From positions 1 to 61,488 of the IMG/VR virus record IMGVR_UViG_3300031825_000010: a stretch of DNA of 61,488 nucleotides, one strand, 5' to 3'. This stretch comes from a virus. Numbering within the stretch: position 1 is the first letter of the stretch; every line of letters starts with the position of its first letter. Positions 60,737 through 61,488 of the stretch are shown here, piece by piece. The notes under the pieces are model-generated. The model worked only from the letters and a program-made list of their open reading frames with translations. It was not told where the DNA came from and made no database searches. Position numbers and translations under genes: made by a program.

Positions 60737-61488
60737 TTGGATTACTTAAAATTTCTCAAATCGAAAATACAAATTGCTTCCGAATCGGGGTTCGTCATTG
60801 CACCTGAGCAAGTCAATCCGATCCTAAAGCCCCACCAACGCGATGCGGTTGTCTGGGCGGTACGTGGCGGAAGGAGAGCGATCTTCGCGGCATTCGGACT
60901 TGGCAAGACGCTCCAACAGCTTGAATTTTGCCGGATCGTCACTGAGTGTATGGGTGGAAAGGCGTTGATCGTCCTGCCACTCGGCGTGAAACAAGAATTC
61001 GTCAGGGATGCAGTTGAACTACTCGGCATTGAATCCCCGGAATACGTTCGCAATATGGAAGAGGTACGGCTTGCTTCCGGAACGATATTGCTTACTAACT
61101 ATGAGCGCGTGCGTGACGGGAATATCGACCCGACGCACTTCACGGCCACATCGCTCGATGAAGCTTCTGTCCTTCGTAGTTTCGGAAGTAAAACGTATCA
61201 GACATTTTTGGACAAGTTCGAAGGCGTTCCCTATAAGCTCGTATGCACCGCAACGCCCAGCCCGAACAAGTATAAAGAACTCATCCATTATGCTGGCTTT
61301 CTTGAAGTGATGGACACCGGACAGGCCCTCACGCGATTCTTCCAGCGCGATTCAACTAAGGCGAACAACCTAACGCTTTACCCGCACAAGGAAGATGAGT
61401 TTTGGCTGTGGGTATCGACTTGGGCGCTTTTTATCACTAAGCCGTCAGACCTTGGATATGAAGACACCGGCTACGATTTGCCGCCGCT
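60737..61488 (+). CDS. SNF2-family helicase / DNA methyltransferase fusion, N-terminal part (runs off the window end and continues at 128..1895)
   Basis: SD GGAAGGAGGA, then TTG 60737. HQRDAV..FGLGKT (motif I), SLDEAS (II) and CTATPSPN (III). No stop before 61488. Missing from the ORF track because it is open-ended. Confidence 0.85.
   Translation, partial: MDYLKFLKSKIQIASESGFVIAPEQVNPILKPHQRDAVVWAVRGGRRAIFAAFGLGKTLQQLEFCRIVTECMGGKALIVLPLGVKQEFVRDAVELLGIESPEYVRNMEEVRLASGTILLTNYERVRDGNIDPTHFTATSLDEASVLRSFGSKTYQTFLDKFEGVPYKLVCTATPSPNKYKELIHYAGFLEVMDTGQALTRFFQRDSTKANNLTLYPHKEDEFWLWVSTWALFITKPSDLGYEDTGYDLPP
61362..61488. repeat. Terminal duplication identical to 1..127
   Basis: Direct comparison of both ends. 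Confidence 0.95.

Overview
The window is a complete, circularly closed genome of a temperate siphovirus-like phage or excised prophage. Bases 1-127 are identical to 61362-61488, so this is an assembly overlap and the unit length is 61,361 bp. One gene, a SNF2 helicase / DNA methyltransferase fusion, runs across the junction. The gene content points to a spore-forming Bacillales-type host: a Spo0A C-terminal domain homolog, XhlA-holin-endolysin lysis genes, a Cheo-type SOS box and a Cu-amine-oxidase-like stalk domain.

Modules in order:
- DNA modification and replication (1-9.9 kb): two methyltransferases, HNH, a LexA-DBD-only protein, a replisome organizer, dnaN, DUF1064 and DUF5131.
- An XRE-controlled accessory operon of small ORFs (9.9-12 kb).
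- More early small genes and HNH endonucleases (12-17 kb).
- Packaging, head and tail genes (18.8-44.9 kb).
- Lysis genes (45-46.5 kb).
- An accessory/moron island (46.6-49.4 kb).
- attP-int-ImmA-CI/Cro immunity (49.4-52.4 kb).
- Early recombination and repair genes (52.4-60.7 kb).

The most striking signal is three tandem type-I hammerhead ribozyme motifs at 10947-11513. In each, the CUGAUGA catalytic core supplies the tandem stop codons of a small upstream ORF. All three share the same stem I, so the RNA units between cleavage sites could be excised and possibly circularised.

Other notable items:
- A C5-methyltransferase whose variable region holds eight tandem ~40-aa modules resembling target-recognition domains.
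- A ferritin gene inside the head module.
- A DUF2829 (Tad2-like) gene.
- A tail-chaperone extension in the +1 frame rather than the usual -1 frame.
- An apparently split Dit gene flanking a 3-kb cassette.
- A receiver-less Spo0A domain.
- A 21-26-bp palindrome in four copies, and an AAAATCCGYAG motif.
- Two candidate defence operons in the accessory island.

All calls come from reading the sequence and the ORF translations. No database search was run.
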